Counted from the whole stretch's first letter, positions 1 to 10,813 are shown. The stretch: 59,400 nt of DNA, filler included, from Coriobacteriales bacterium (GCA_031263105.1; 6 parts of 6 records of this genome joined end to end with filler, not necessarily neighbours in it), one strand, 5' to 3'. The notes: generated by a model from the sequence alone, not told the origin. Program-made: numbers and translations.

Positions 1-23
1 TCGTCTTAGTACGGAGGAAAATC

Positions 24-458
24 GTGAGTACGTATTACGCCAAAAATGGCGAAGTGCCGCGCGAGTGGGTTCTGATCGACGCAACTGATCAGGTCCTGGG
101 ACGCGTGGCTTCAGAGGCCGCCCAGATTCTCAGAGGCAAGCGCAAGCCGCAGTACACGCCTCATGTGGACACGGGTGATTTTGTCATCGTCGTCAACGCG
201 TCCAAAATCAAGGTGACGGGTGCCAAGGCGACCAGCAAGATCTATTATCGACACAGTGGGTATCCCGGTGGTCTCAAGGAGGAGAGCTTCGCGGAAGCAA
301 TGGCGAAGCATCCTGAGCGTGTTATTGAGCACGCGGTGAAGGGCATGCTCCCCAAGAACACCCTCGGCCGCGCCATGGGACGGAAGCTCAAGGTGTACAC
401 CGGCCCCGACCACCCGCACAGGGCCCAAGCCCCCCGCGAGATAAGCTTGAAGGGATAA
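24..458 (+). CDS. rplM: 50S ribosomal protein L13
   Basis: [44 protein letters not shown] motifs; GGAGG RBS before GTG start. Confidence 0.99.
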   Translation: MSTYYAKNGEVPREWVLIDATDQVLGRVASEAAQILRGKRKPQYTPHVDTGDFVIVVNASKIKVTGAKATSKIYYRHSGYPGGLKEESFAEAMAKHPERVIEHAVKGMLPKNTLGRAMGRKLKVYTGPDHPHRAQAPREISLKG

Positions 459-461
459 GCG

Positions 462-866
462 ATGGCAAAGAACACGAACAACGACGCCATCTACCATGGC
501 ACCGGTCGTCGCAAGAACGCCATCATGCGCGTGCGCATCCTGCCGGGCAGCGGCAAGGTGACCGTCAACGGACGTGACGGCAAGGAGTACTTCGGACGTG
601 ACGCGCTGCTGGACTATGCGCTCACGCCCTTCAAGGTGACGGAGACCGTCGACCACTTCGACGTGGTCGCCCTGGGCAACGGGGGCGGCGTCTCCGGGCA
701 GGCCGGCGCCCTGCGCCACGGCATCGCCCGCGCCCTCCTAGAGGCCGGCGACTACCGAGGCGAACTGAAGAAGGCCGGCTTCCTGACGCGCGACCCGCGC
801 ATGGTGGAGCGCAAGAAGTACGGCCTGAAGAAGGCCCGCAAGCGTCCGCAGTTCTCCAAGCGCTAG
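462..866 (+). CDS. rpsI: 30S ribosomal protein S9
   Basis: [26 protein letters not shown]-terminal [11 protein letters not shown]. Confidence 0.99.
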   Translation: MAKNTNNDAIYHGTGRRKNAIMRVRILPGSGKVTVNGRDGKEYFGRDALLDYALTPFKVTETVDHFDVVALGNGGGVSGQAGALRHGIARALLEAGDYRGELKKAGFLTRDPRMVERKKYGLKKARKRPQFSKR

Positions 867-2297
867 ATGCCGCGTCTCTTCGGCACCGATGGGGTTCGCG
901 GTGTCGCGAACAAGGGCCTTACCTGTGGGATGGCCTTCGCGTTGGGCGTTGCGGCAGTCGATGTGCTCGGCCCGCGCCTCGTCATCGGACGCGACACGCG
1001 CAGGAGCGGGCCCATGCTCGAGGCAGCCCTTGTCGCAGGCATCGCCTCTGCCGGAGGCGATGCCCTGCTCGCGGGCATCGTCCCCACTCCCGCCGTCGCC
1101 CTGCTCGCACGCGGGCTTGCGGCCTCGGGCGGCGTGGTCATATCGGCGTCGCACAACCCCCCTGAGTACAACGGCATAAAGTTCTTCGATGCCGAGGGCT
1201 TCAAGCTCGCGCCCGAGGCAGAGGACACGCTCGAGGAGCGGCTGCAGGCGGCGGTGCGGCTGCAGGCAACCGCAGGCCCGCTCCCCTCCCCCCTGCCGGG
1301 CGCGCCTGCAACGACGGGGGCGGGCGCCGATGCGCCCAAGGCGACCGGCGGCACCGTGACGGCACCGAGGACGGGGGCCGAGATCGGCACGGTGGCGCCC
1401 GTCGAGGACGCCTTCGAGCGCTATGTGGCCCACGCGACGGAGACCGTCCGCTCGCAGGGCATCGACCTTGCAGGGCTGCACGTCGCGGTCGACTGCGGCC
1501 ATGGGGCCTCTTTTGCGACCACACCCGAGGCGCTCAGGCGGCTCGGCGCGACCGTGACTGCCGTCAACGCGGACTTCGACGGCGACGACATCAACGTCGG
1601 CTGCGGCTCGACCTGCCTCGGGCCCCTCAAGGAACTCGTCGCCGAGACCGGCGCCGACGTCGGGATAGCCCACGACGGCGACGCCGACCGCGTGCTCGCC
1701 GTCGACGAAAAGGGCGAGGAGCTGGACGGCGACGTCATAGAGGCGATATGCGCCCTCGACCTCAAGGAACGCGGGCTGCTCGCGCACGATGCCGTGGTAT
1801 CGACACAGATGTGCAACCTCGGCTTCGTCGACGCCATGCGGGGCGCGGGCATCGAGGTCGTGCAGACCGACGTGGGCGACAGCCACGTGCTCGCCGCCAT
1901 GCGCGAGCGCGGCCTCTCCCTCGGCGGCGAGCAGTCGGGGCACACGATCTTCCTCGGGCACAACAGCACCGGCGACGGGCTCGTGACGGCCCTGCAGCTG
2001 CTCGCGGCCATGAGGCGCAGCGGCAGACGCCTCTCCCGGCTGCGCAAGGTGATGGCCCGTTACCCCCAGGTGCTCGTCAACGTCAGGGTCTCCGACCAGG
2101 CGGGCCTTGAGGGCTCCGAGGCCGTCGCAGGGGCCGTCGAGGCCACACGTGCGCGCCTCGGCGGGCAGGGACGCGTCCTCGTCCGCCCCTCGGGCACCGA
2201 GCCGCTCGTCCGCGTCATGGTCGAGGCGAAGGACGGGCAGGCCGCCCATGACGAGGCTCGGCGGCTCGCCTCGCTGGTCGAGCAGGAACTGGGATGA
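867..2297 (+). CDS. glmM: Phosphoglucosamine mutase (with Ala/Pro/Gly-rich insertion)
   Basis: LFGTDGVRG, ISASHNP, DGDADR, GGEQSGH, RPSGTEP motifs; next to glmS. Confidence 0.97.
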   Translation: MPRLFGTDGVRGVANKGLTCGMAFALGVAAVDVLGPRLVIGRDTRRSGPMLEAALVAGIASAGGDALLAGIVPTPAVALLARGLAASGGVVISASHNPPEYNGIKFFDAEGFKLAPEAEDTLEERLQAAVRLQATAGPLPSPLPGAPATTGAGADAPKATGGTVTAPRTGAEIGTVAPVEDAFERYVAHATETVRSQGIDLAGLHVAVDCGHGASFATTPEALRRLGATVTAVNADFDGDDINVGCGSTCLGPLKELVAETGADVGIAHDGDADRVLAVDEKGEELDGDVIEAICALDLKERGLLAHDAVVSTQMCNLGFVDAMRGAGIEVVQTDVGDSHVLAAMRERGLSLGGEQSGHTIFLGHNSTGDGLVTALQLLAAMRRSGRRLSRLRKVMARYPQVLVNVRVSDQAGLEGSEAVAGAVEATRARLGGQGRVLVRPSGTEPLVRVMVEAKDGQAAHDEARRLASLVEQELG

Positions 2298-2403
2298 GGG
2301 CAGCCCTGCGGTGCTGCGGCGCAGCGGCGTACTGGTACAATGAAGCATCAGGGAAGCGCCGACCCGTGCGTTGCGCGCCATCCGGCGACAAAGGAGCTGC
2401 CTC

Positions 2404-4275
2404 ATGTGTGGGATAGTTGCGTTCACAGGAGCGACGGAGGCCCTGCCCTTCCTGTTGGACGGCCTCAAACGGCTCGAATACCGTGGGTACGACAGCGCGG
2501 GCGTTGCGGTCGTGCACAGCGAGGCGCAAGGGGGCGCCCCCAAGGCCGCCCTCAAGGTCGTGCGGCGCCAGGGCAAGGTCGCCACGCTGATAGAGGCGCT
2601 CTCGGGGACCGAGGTCGCAGGCACCTGCGGCATAGGGCATACCCGCTGGGCGACGCACGGCGTGCCGAGCGAGCAGAACGCGCATCCGCACCTCGACTGC
2701 TCCGGCAGGATCGCCGTTGCGCACAACGGCATCATCGAGAACTACACCCACCTCAAGGACAGGCTCGTCGAGCAGGGCCACTGCTTCACGTCCCAGACCG
2801 ACACCGAGGTCATCGCCCATCTCGTCGAGCAGAACTACGGGGAGACGGAAGGCGACCTCACCGAGGCGGTCCGCGTGACGGTCGCGCAGCTCTCCGGCTC
2901 CTTCGCGCTCGCCATCCTCCACGCCGGGCACCCGGACATCGTCGTCGTGACCCGCAACGACTCGCCGTTGGTGCTCGGAAGCTTCGAGGACGGCGCCATC
3001 GCCGCCTCCGACACGCCGGCACTCATCGAGAAGACCCGCGACATCGTCTACATCCGCGACCGCGACCTCGCGGTACTGCACGGCGACGGGCGCATCGAGT
3101 ACTTCGACCCCGCAGGCGAGCCCTTCGTGCCCAACGTCTACCATGTGGAGTGGAGCCTTGAGCAGGCCGAGAAGGGCGGGTACCCGGACTTCATGCTCAA
3201 GGAGATAAGCGAGCAGCCCCGGGTCATCCGCGACACCATCGCCGACCGCTTCGACGACAGGACCCGCACCCTGCGCTTCCCCGAGCTGCCCTTGACCGAC
3301 GAGGAGCTTGCGGACATCGACCGCATCTACATCGTCGCCTGCGGGACCTCCTACCACGCGGGCCTCATCGGCAAGGAGCTCATCGAGAACTGGGCGCGCA
3401 TCCCCGTCGAGGTCGAGGTCGCCTCCGAGTTCCGCTACGGCAACCCCATCATCAGCGCGGACACCCTGGTCATCGCCATCTCGCAGTCCGGCGAGACGGC
3501 CGACACCCTCGAGGCCGTGCGCCTGGCACGACAGGCGGGGGCGCACGTGATCGCGCTGACCAACGTGGTCGGCTCGCGCATCACGCAGGAGGCGCAGACC
3601 GTCCTCAACATCAAGGCGAACATCGAGATCGCGGTCGCGGCCACCAAGTCCTTCCTTGCGCAGGTCACGCTCCTGACGCTGCTGGGGCTCTACTTCGCCC
3701 AGGAGCGCCTGCTGCTCACCGGGCCGCAGATTCAGGAGATATTCGGGGAGATGCGGCAGCTTCCGGGGCAGATAGAGCACATCCTCGCCGACACTGCGGC
3801 GATCGAGCGGGCGGCGAAGGCGTGCTGCGAGGCGACGACCGCGTTGTTCATCGGCAGGGGCGTGGGGGCCACGACCTGTTACGAGGGCGCGCTCAAGCTC
3901 AAGGAGGTCAGCTACCTCCATGCAGAGGCGTTCTCGGCGGGGGAGATCAAGCACGGCCCCATCGCACTCATAGATGCGGCCGCAGGAACGCCCGTCGTCG
4001 CCGTCGTCACACAGAGCGCCACGCGCGACAAGATGCTGGCGAACATCGAGGAGATGAAGGCGCGCGGGGCGCGGGTGATCGCCGTCGCCACCGAGGGCGA
4101 CGGGCGCATCGAGAAGCTGGCCGACCACGTCATCTACATCCCGCCCACACGGGAGTGCCTCTCGCCGATAACGGCGAGCGTGCCGCTCCAGCTGTTCGCC
4201 CGCTACATCGCGGTCGAGCGCGGCTGCGACGTCGACCAGCCCCGGAACCTTGCGAAGTCGGTGACCGTTGAATAG
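2404..4275 (+). CDS. glmS: Glutamine--fructose-6-phosphate transaminase
   Basis: Starts MCGI (ATG 2404, AAGGAG RBS); LEYRGYDSAG, GHTRWATHG, SQSGETADT, PRNLAKSVTVE. Confidence 0.99.
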   Translation: MCGIVAFTGATEALPFLLDGLKRLEYRGYDSAGVAVVHSEAQGGAPKAALKVVRRQGKVATLIEALSGTEVAGTCGIGHTRWATHGVPSEQNAHPHLDCSGRIAVAHNGIIENYTHLKDRLVEQGHCFTSQTDTEVIAHLVEQNYGETEGDLTEAVRVTVAQLSGSFALAILHAGHPDIVVVTRNDSPLVLGSFEDGAIAASDTPALIEKTRDIVYIRDRDLAVLHGDGRIEYFDPAGEPFVPNVYHVEWSLEQAEKGGYPDFMLKEISEQPRVIRDTIADRFDDRTRTLRFPELPLTDEELADIDRIYIVACGTSYHAGLIGKELIENWARIPVEVEVASEFRYGNPIISADTLVIAISQSGETADTLEAVRLARQAGAHVIALTNVVGSRITQEAQTVLNIKANIEIAVAATKSFLAQVTLLTLLGLYFAQERLLLTGPQIQEIFGEMRQLPGQIEHILADTAAIERAAKACCEATTALFIGRGVGATTCYEGALKLKEVSYLHAEAFSAGEIKHGPIALIDAAAGTPVVAVVTQSATRDKMLANIEEMKARGARVIAVATEGDGRIEKLADHVIYIPPTRECLSPITASVPLQLFARYIAVERGCDVDQPRNLAKSVTVE

Positions 4276-4930
4276 CGAGAGGGACGCGCCCCCTGCGCCC
4301 TCCACGTCGAGCGGCGCAAGCGACGATGCTCCCGCGCTGGGCAGCGCGACAGGTGCGCTCTCTGCGCTGGGCAGCGCGGCGGATGCGCCGCCCCCTGCGT
4401 CCTCCGCGCCGAACAGTGCCGCCCCTGCGCCACCTGCGCCCTCCGTCGCGGGCCTCGGCGTGGACATCATCGAGATCGCGCGCATGGAACGCGCCCTCAA
4501 GCGCACGCCCCGGATGCGGGAGCGGCTGTTCTCGGAGGGCGAGCGAGCCTATGCCTTGGGCAAGGCTCGCCCTGCCGTGCACTTCGCGCTGTTCTTCGCC
4601 GCCAAGGAGGCGGTCCTCAAGGCGCTCGGCACGGGCTTTCGGGGCATGGCCTTCACGGACGTGGAGGTCACGCACGACCGGTACGGACGGCCGGTCCCGG
4701 TGCTGCGCGGGCACGCCCGCGAGGTCGCAGACGCTCAGGGCGTCGTCGAGATGCAGCTGTCGCTTTCCTACACCCATGCGGTGGGGGTCGCCTCCGCAGT
4801 CGCCATCAAGGAGCAGGACCGCCCCCAGAAGGACGAGAAGGCCGACCCGCGCGCCGACCTCGCCCGCCAGTTCAAGGAGATGCGCTCCCTGCTCGACGAC
4901 ATGGACGAGCGCCTCAAGGGCCTGTCGTGA
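4268..4930 (+). CDS. acpS: Holo-[acyl-carrier-protein] synthase with low-complexity N-terminal extension (start uncertain)
   Basis: GLGVDIIEIAR, FAAKEAVLKALGTG, LSLSYT motifs. Confidence 0.93.
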   Translation: MNSERDAPPAPSTSSGASDDAPALGSATGALSALGSAADAPPPASSAPNSAAPAPPAPSVAGLGVDIIEIARMERALKRTPRMRERLFSEGERAYALGKARPAVHFALFFAAKEAVLKALGTGFRGMAFTDVEVTHDRYGRPVPVLRGHAREVADAQGVVEMQLSLSYTHAVGVASAVAIKEQDRPQKDEKADPRADLARQFKEMRSLLDDMDERLKGLS

Positions 4931-5994
4931 CCAACCATGAGCTGGCGGCCCTGCTGCCGCCCGTCCCGCACGATGCCCATAAGTACACGCGCGGAAGCCT
5001 CCTCGTGCTCGCCGGCTCCCTGCGCTTCCCCGGCGCCGCCGTGCTCGCGGCGCAGGCGGCGACGCGCACGGGCGCGGGATATGTGACGCTGGCAATCCCT
5101 GGGCCTGCGGCAGCGGCCGCCCACGCACACCTGCTCTCGGTGCCGGTGCTTGCCGCCCCAGCGACCGAGGGGGCCTTCGCCGCCGAGGCCTGGGGCCATG
5201 TTCGTGCCCAAGCGGGGCATATCGACGCCCTCGTGCTCGGCCCCGGCCTGACCGTCACCGCCTCCACCGAGGCCTTCGTGCGCTCCGTGCTGCACGACGC
5301 CGCAGGGGCCCCGCTGCTCCTCGACGCGGACGCCCTCACCGTCCTCGCGTCCCTCATGCAGAAGGAGCCCGCCTTTGCCGTCGGCGCCCCCTCCCTGCTG
5401 CTCACCCCCCACGCCGGGGAGCTCCGCCGCCTGCTCGGGTCGGACGGAGCGGCAGGCGGCGGAGCGGACGACAGCGCGGGCAGTCAAGGCAGCGCCCCGG
5501 CGAACCCCCTGACCTGCGGCCCGACCGACAGGGCGGCGGACGGCCGAACGGACGACCCCGCAGCCGCCCGGACGGACGGCCCCGCAGCCGCACAACGACC
5601 CGCCGTGACGCTCGCCCAGGCTCTCGTCGCCTGGGGCGCACCAGGCGCGCCCGCCCCCTTCGAAGCCGTCGTCGTCGCCAAGGGCCCCACGACGCACATC
5701 GCCTCGGCAACCTCGGCAACCTCGGCAGGCACCGCCCCCCACGGCCTGCAAAGCCGTTCCCTCTCCCCCGGCACCCCGGCCCTTGCAAAGGCAGGAACCG
5801 GCGACGTGCTCTCCGGCGTCATCGGCTCGCTCCTCGCACAGGGCATAGCGCCCTTCGACGCCGCCGTGCTCGGCGTGAGCCTGCACGGCAGGGCAGGACG
5901 CCTCGCCGAACAATCCCTGGGCCAACGCGGCACCTGCGCCGAGGACCTGCCCGCCTGCCTCCCCCTTGCCCTCAAAGAGATCGAGGGCCGCTGA
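4927..5994 (+). CDS. nnrD: ADP-dependent NAD(P)H-hydrate dehydratase, stand-alone (no epimerase domain)
   Basis: HKYTRG.LLVLAGS..FPGAA, GPGL, LDADAL, LTPHAGE, AGTGDVLSG. Confidence 0.92.
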   Translation: MTNHELAALLPPVPHDAHKYTRGSLLVLAGSLRFPGAAVLAAQAATRTGAGYVTLAIPGPAAAAAHAHLLSVPVLAAPATEGAFAAEAWGHVRAQAGHIDALVLGPGLTVTASTEAFVRSVLHDAAGAPLLLDADALTVLASLMQKEPAFAVGAPSLLLTPHAGELRRLLGSDGAAGGGADDSAGSQGSAPANPLTCGPTDRAADGRTDDPAAARTDGPAAAQRPAVTLAQALVAWGAPGAPAPFEAVVVAKGPTTHIASATSATSAGTAPHGLQSRSLSPGTPALAKAGTGDVLSGVIGSLLAQGIAPFDAAVLGVSLHGRAGRLAEQSLGQRGTCAEDLPACLPLALKEIEGR

Positions 5995-6000
5995 GAAGAC

Positions 6001-6198
6001 CAAGGCGGAGACCCAGACGTCAAAGCCCGGGTGCGCGACTTCGAGGAGGCCATCCAATGGCTGACGGATTACGGCGCACTCAGGAAGGTGAACCGCGTCG
6101 CCGCGATCAGGGGCCCGCTTGCCGGCTATGAAGAGCCTGCGCACTTCAAGCTCTTCACGTTGGACGTGGGCCTGACCTCCGCACTGGCCATGGAGTGA
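6001..6198 (+). pseudogene. Internal fragment of an AAA-ATPase/DUF4143-type gene
   Basis: Frame 1 reads ARVRDFEEAIQWLTDYGALRKVNRV..PLAGYEEPAHFKLFTLDVGL*, resembling the DUF4143 region; no N-terminus. Confidence 0.65.
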
Positions 6199-6296
6199 GC
6201 GATGTCCAGTTCACCAGAATCGCTTGGGAGGACCTGGCAGGCCGAGGACCGCGAGACAATAAAAGCGGCGGGGGCACAGCCATCGAGAAACCCATT
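6195..6296 (+). pseudogene. Degenerate Txe/YoeB toxin remnant
   Basis: MSDVQFTRIAWED, then after a frameshift WQAEDRETIK, then ..IEKP; YoeB-like segments separated by deletions. Confidence 0.55.
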
Positions 6297-6340
6297 CGGC
6301 GAAGTCAGGCGGGTGACACACTGTTTGGCTGTTACACATC

Positions 6341-6532
6341 CTACATAACCGCAAGCATCCGGCTCAATTGCTCCTGTTTGCGATGGAGCACCTGCACCTC
6401 CTGCTCGCGCAGTGCAGCCAGTTGGCGGATGGCTATGATCCTGTCCTCCAGAACCCGCTTGGACGGGGTGTCGCCCCAGTCCGACCAGTCAGTGCCGGCC
6501 TCAGCCTCAGCTATGATCTTTTCGTAATCCAT
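6341..6532 (-). CDS. Small acidic/coiled protein, probable antitoxin
   Basis: 63 aa, overlaps the 3' end of the upstream toxin-like gene. Confidence 0.55.
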   Translation of the reverse strand: MDYEKIIAEAEAGTDWSDWGDTPSKRVLEDRIIAIRQLAALREQEVQVLHRKQEQLSRMLAVM

Positions 6533-6767
6533 CAGCTTTCCTCAGTTTCACGATGTTGACACGCATGGCATGGAAAACCACCCGCCTTTGAGCGTCATAG
6601 ATGACCTCGACTGCGTCGCCGCTCTCATCAAATCCATAGACCAGTATGGCATCGTCGCTTTTGTGCGTTTTCGAGAGGAACGGGTCTGCGATGACGCCCA
6701 GGATCGCATCTTTGTCAATCCCGTGCTTGAAGGCGCTGTCTGTAAATATGAATTCAAGAGCATCCAA
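6507..6767 (-). CDS. BrnT/RelE-fold toxin-like protein
   Basis: SAFKHGI...VYGFD..G..VEVIY...VFHAM pattern; AAGGA RBS; extended -10 TGTTATAAT on minus strand at 6799-6807. Confidence 0.65.
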   Translation of the reverse strand: MDALEFIFTDSAFKHGIDKDAILGVIADPFLSKTHKSDDAILVYGFDESGDAVEVIYDAQRRVVFHAMRVNIVKLRKADGLRKDHS

Positions 6768-6864
6768 AATGTGACATCCGTTTCCTTCATCTGAGCAGAT
6801 TATAACATGATTTCATACTCATGAGAGCAATCCTCGGGATCGATTGCGCCATAGCGATTTGTGC

Positions 6865-7052
6865 GTTACTGTGTTCACACCCCACTGTCATTCCGAGTCC
6901 TTCGGCTGCGCTCAGGATAAACTCCGCCGAGGAATCCTCGGCTGCGAAGCAGCCGACCGCAGGTCGAAGCGCCTTCTGGCCGCAGTCGACCGCTTGCGCG
7001 ATCGAAGATTCCTCGACAGGCTCGGAATGACAGTGGGGGTGCGAACAGTAAC
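6865..7052. mobile_element. Palindromic MITE copy, non-matching arms, no TSD
   Basis: Ends GTTACTGTGTTCACACCCCACTGTCATTCCGAG ... CTCGGAATGACAGTGGGGGTGCGAACAGTAAC; same family as 27397 and 37464. Confidence 0.85.
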
Positions 7053-7101
7053 AAAAATCACTTTTGAGTTTGGAGCAAGAAAGACCTAGCCAGGAACGTG
7101 C

Positions 7102-9769
7102 CTACCTCCCTCGCTTCCAGTGGGCGTAGAGCGTGACCGCCTTCGTGACCTTCGTGCTTGCCGTAACCTTCTGGCCGCCGGACTTCTTCGTGTACCAGCC
7201 GAGGAACCTGTACCCGCTGCGCTTCGGCACAGAGAGCTTGACGAGCTTCGAGCCATAGGCCTTCTTTAGGGAGGATGTCGGGGCCTTGCCCACCTTGCCG
7301 CCGTTGGCGTTGAGCCTCACGGTGTAGGTCTTGGCCTTCCAGTGGGCGTAGTAGGTGACGTTCCTGGCGACCTTCGCGGCGGCCCCCACCTTCGTGCCCC
7401 TCGCCTTGGCGGTGTACCAGCCTTGGAAGGCGTAGCCCGTGCGCACGGGCGTGGCAAGCTTGCCGAGCTTCTGGCCGTAGCTCCTCTTGACGGAGGAGGA
7501 GGCCTTCCCCGCCACCTTCCCGCCGCTTGCGTCGAACCTCACCGTATAACTGTTCGCCTTGTACCGCGCGGTGACCACGAGGTCGGAGGTCACGCTTGCA
7601 AATGCCCTGTCCCAGTTCGCGAAGGCGTGCCCCGTGCGCACGGGTGCCTTGGGCGCGCTCGCCGCCGCACCGTAGGCGACCTTCTGCGGCGTGCCGAGCA
7701 CCCTGCCGTCCCAACCCTTGAAAGTTACGGTGTAGCTGTTTACCTTGTACTGCGCGGTGACCGTGAGGTCGGAGGTCACGTTGGAGAACGTCTTGTCCCA
7801 GCCCGTGAAGGCATGGCCCGTGCGCACAGGGGCGGCCGGGGCGGGCGCGGCGGAGCCATGGCTGACCCTCGGTGCCGCAAGCACCCTGCCGTCCCAGTCC
7901 CTGAAGGTGACGGTGTAGCTGCGTATCGTCCAGTGCGCGTAGTACGTGACGTCGCCCGTGACGACCGCGGCGTCCGTGACCTCCGTGCCGCCCTCGGCCT
8001 CCGTGAACCAGCCGTCGAAGCCGTAGCCGATGCGCGGGGGCAGCTGGGGAGCCGTGGCTGCGTCGCCGTGGGCGACGTTCTGCACGTCGATCTCGGAGCC
8101 GTCGTGGCCTCTGAAGGTGACCGTGTAGACGTCCGCCTCCCAATGCGCCCAGTAGGTGGCGTCCGCGAGCGCATTCGTGACGGAGGCAACCTCCGTGCCG
8201 CCCTCGGCCTCCGTGAACCAGCCGAGGAAGGTGTGGCCCGTGCGCGGGGGCAGTTGGGGCGCCACGGCCGCCGTGCCGTGGGCGACGTTCTGCACGTCGA
8301 TCTCGGAGCCGTCCTGATCCCTGAAGGTGACCGTGTGGGTGACTATGACCTCCTCGACGCTCGCGAGCGCCGCGTGCGCGTCCACGAGGCCGTGGCCGTA
8401 GTAGTCGTCCCTGCCGAGGTCGCCGAGGTCGACGGCGGTGCCGTAGAGGGCCTGCTGGACCTCCTCGGGGGTCAGCGTGGGGTTGCGCGCGAACAGGAGG
8501 GCGGCTATCCCTGAGACGACGGGGGCGGCCTGCGAGGTGCCGGTCATGGAGGCCCATGAGTCCGGGCCGCTCGAGACGTTCGGGCCGTCATGGTAGGTGC
8601 TGTAGACGTCGAAGCCCGGCGCGGCTATGTCCTTCGCGTCGTTGTGCTGGCTGAAGCTGGCCCATTTGTTTTCCCATCCCACGGCCGTCACGGCGGTGAC
8701 CTCGGGGAAGTCGGAGGGGTAGTGGGGGACCGAGTGCTCGCCGCTTTCGTCCTCGACGAGGTTCTCCGGCTTGCCCGCGTCGTTGCCGGCGGCGGCGACG
8801 GTGAGGATGCCGGCGGCCTTGGCCTCGGCGATCTTGGCCTGGAGCGCATAGTCGAGGGCGCGGCCGCCGAGGCTCAGGTTGACGATGCGGACGTTCGCGC
8901 CGTGCTCCTCGTTGCAGGACATGACGTAGTCGTAGGCCTTTACCTCGTCGGACGTCCAGGCCCCTATCGTGCCGTCCCCGTTGCGGTGGAACACGTTGAC
9001 GGGCAGCACCTTGGCGTTGTAGGAGACCCCGGCGGTGAGCAGGCCGTTGTTCGCCCGTGCGGCCGCGATGCCCGCGACGTGCGTCCCGTGGCCGTTCAGG
9101 TCGCCCTCGGCCCCTGCGGACGCGCTGAGCGGCCGGTCGTTCACCACGTCCCAGGCGAGGTCCGCGATGATGTTGTCCTTGAGGTCGTTGTGGTCCATGC
9201 GGATGCCGGTGTCGACGACGGCGATGGCGACGGAGCCCTCGGTCCTCTTGAGGTCCCAGGCGTCGAAGGCCCTGACGGAGTACAGCCACCAGCCGGTGAT
9301 CTGGTCGTCAAGGGTGTCCGGGTCGTCGACCGCCGTGGCGGACGGCGCGTCGGGGGCGGGGATGCCGCCGGCGCCGGCATCGATGCCGGACGCAGCGCCG
9401 CTGCCGCCGTCGGCACCAGGCACGGCATCGTCGTCGGGGACGTCGTCCACGAGGCTGTAGAGGTAGTTCGGCTGCGCGAAGGCGACGCCCTCCTCGCCGG
9501 CGAGCTCGAGGAGCGCGTCCTCGACCGCGACATCCGGGGGGAGCTCGACGAGCAGCGTGGCGCCGCCTGCGGAGCCGCCGGGGGCGGATGCGGAGGCGTC
9601 GGCACCGGAGACGGACGCGGCCGAGTCGCCGCCGCCCGGCCCGCCGCCGCCGGCCCCGGAGGCCTCGGAGATGACCTCCACCTCCACCGCCTCGGCGCCC
9701 TGCCCGGAGAGCCCCGCCACCGACTCCTCGACGGCGGCCGCCTCGACGGCCTCGGGGGCGTCCCCCGCC
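7102..9769 (-). CDS. S8 subtilisin-like serine protease with C-terminal InlB B-repeats (5' end cut by contig edge)
   Basis: Triad motifs VVDTGI, HGTHVAG, GTSQAAP; six repeats of VTF/VRF...P.RTG..F.(G/N)W...(YAHW/TAQY). Confidence 0.93.
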
Positions 9770-9869
9770 NNNNNNNNNNNNNNNNNNNNNNNNNNNNNNN
9801 NNNNNNNNNNNNNTTAATTAATTAANNNNNNNNNNNNNNNNNNNNNNNNNNNNNNNNNNNNNNNNNNNN
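9770..9869. other. Artificial contig linker (also 19157-19256, 23153-23252, 30491-30590, 54302-54401)
   Basis: Five identical 100-nt blocks of Ns around TTAATTAATTAA (stops in all frames). Confidence 0.99.
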
Positions 9870-9877
9870 GGGTGTCC

Positions 9878-10813
9878 TCACCTCAACTTGACTGAGGACT
9901 GCTCGATGCCGATGCCTTCCAAGCCAAGGACTCGTAGAAAAGCGATAAAACCCTGTTTGGCAAGCTCGGTCTCCACTGTTGGGGAGACGGTTATCCGTTT
10001 GAACACCTCAGTGGGCTGTGCGATCTCTAACTCGATATACGGCGTTACGATGCCCGTATCGCCCATCCGGTACCTCTTTGCAAGGCCCGGGCACCCCTTG
10101 AAGTCGTTTGGTATTGCGAGAACGAAGCGATATTCGTTCTCTGCGGCAAAGGCTGGGTTCTTCGTGAAGACCTTGCGCTCGTTCACATGTCTGAGCTTCA
10201 TTTCCTCAAGCCAATCGCACGGGTCTCCGTACCACGAATAATCGTATTCCTCTTGTTTCATTGCCTGATCATATTGATCATAGAGTTGATAAAGCTCCCT
10301 GTATCGGCTCAGGAATCCTTGAACCTGCTCGTCGAAATCATAGATGACCCTGCCGTGAGTGAGGTGGACCTCCTTCGTGTCGAGCCTCCTGACGGCAGCG
10401 TCAAGCCCTACTGCATCCAAAGCCAAGTTGTATCCTCGATAGGCGCCGTTCTTTGTGTAGTGGTTCCACATCGTGATGTTGTCGCTGTCCATTGCTGTGC
10501 ACAGCATGTAGTACCGGCAGTACTCGTAATCGCAATCGAACGAGAACGGGGTGGAGCCCTCTTTGATGCCGTAGACATCTTCGTGTGTTGTAAAGCCCCT
10601 CAAATCATTTGCGTCGGTGTCGCTCGTTTCCTCGCTGCGCTCGGTCGCCAGCAAGTCCAAGGCCCTTTTCAATGGCTTTTTGTAGTATTCAAGTTCGCTC
10701 TTGTCGTTGAGAAACTGACTGTCTGTAAACCATAACGTCTTGTTTTCAAGAATACTCTTGAGGCCATCAGGGGAGCTATAATGATAGACGGTGTCATTTG
10801 TTTCAGCCATCAT
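9878..10813 (-). CDS. DUF2971-domain protein (possible defence-associated)
   Basis: VYHYSS..GL.SIL..TLWFTD..FLND.SE, MWNHY, K...F..ENEYR; lower GC than core genes. Confidence 0.8.
   Translation of the reverse strand: MMAETNDTVYHYSSPDGLKSILENKTLWFTDSQFLNDKSELEYYKKPLKRALDLLATERSEETSDTDANDLRGFTTHEDVYGIKEGSTPFSFDCDYEYCRYYMLCTAMDSDNITMWNHYTKNGAYRGYNLALDAVGLDAAVRRLDTKEVHLTHGRVIYDFDEQVQGFLSRYRELYQLYDQYDQAMKQEEYDYSWYGDPCDWLEEMKLRHVNERKVFTKNPAFAAENEYRFVLAIPNDFKGCPGLAKRYRMGDTGIVTPYIELEIAQPTEVFKRITVSPTVETELAKQGFIAFLRVLGLEGIGIEQSSVKLR

Noticed and set aside
2298..2403. Possible glmS ribozyme upstream of glmS
   Set aside because: The gap is only about 100 nt and no conserved ribozyme core is recognisable.
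6228..6258. Possible third copy of the nnrD 3' end
   Set aside because: Only patchy similarity; better explained as the YoeB-like remnant.
9770..9869. Recurring TTAATTAATTAA motif within N runs
   Set aside because: Identical 100-nt scaffold linker at five places; not biological.
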